The position numbers were made by a program, and so were the translations under genes. A stretch of DNA of 64,000 nucleotides from an uncultured Chloroflexia bacterium (lineage in GTDB: Bacteria; Chloroflexota; Limnocylindria; Limnocylindrales; CSP1-4): NCBI GenBank assembly GCA_963833225.1, contig CAWHXD010000007.1, positions 320,001 to 384,000 on the forward strand, read 5' to 3'. Numbering within the stretch: position 1 is the first letter of the stretch; the number at the start of each line of letters is the position of its first letter. The notes beneath the pieces were generated by a model that worked only from the letters and a program-made list of their open reading frames with translations, made no database searches and was not told the origin of the DNA. This document shows, in pieces, positions 61,530-64,000 of the stretch.

Positions 61530-64000
<2,471 letters not shown>

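Overview
High-GC bacterial window. A Chloroflexota origin (possibly Limnocylindria-like) is inferred from GAAC-N4-GTTC SOS boxes, a DUF5679-like protein, tRNA-Ala(CGC), Tat lipoproteins and frequent leaderless starts. It has three parts. (1) About 1-35.4 kb is a catabolic island: ThDP E1 alpha/beta plus a stand-alone lipoyl domain, MttB-like, divergent transketolase, Hyi, two tandem FadR regulators, two ABC importers, dimethylformamidase-beta-like, apionate-lactonase-like, GH140/DUF4038-like, phosphotriesterase-like and aldo-keto reductase genes. Its promoters share a 20-bp double-palindromic operator (TTGGnnnACCGGTnnACCAA, 5 copies) and a second related operator (2 copies). Several enzymes have altered catalytic motifs. 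This is the best candidate for an undescribed pathway and regulon. (2) About 35.7-50.5 kb holds signalling and regulatory genes, tRNA-Ala/tRNA-Tyr, an imuA-imuB-imuB-C cassette, and three 32-45 aa membrane peptides, two of them behind ECF-type promoters. (3) About 50.5-64 kb holds a separately SOS-boxed dnaE2, a lamin-tail/OB-fold surface protein, a nucleoside phosphorylase and gap-pgk-eno. Several genes carry single-base frameshifts that look like assembly errors. All family calls come from motif recognition by eye; no database searches were run.
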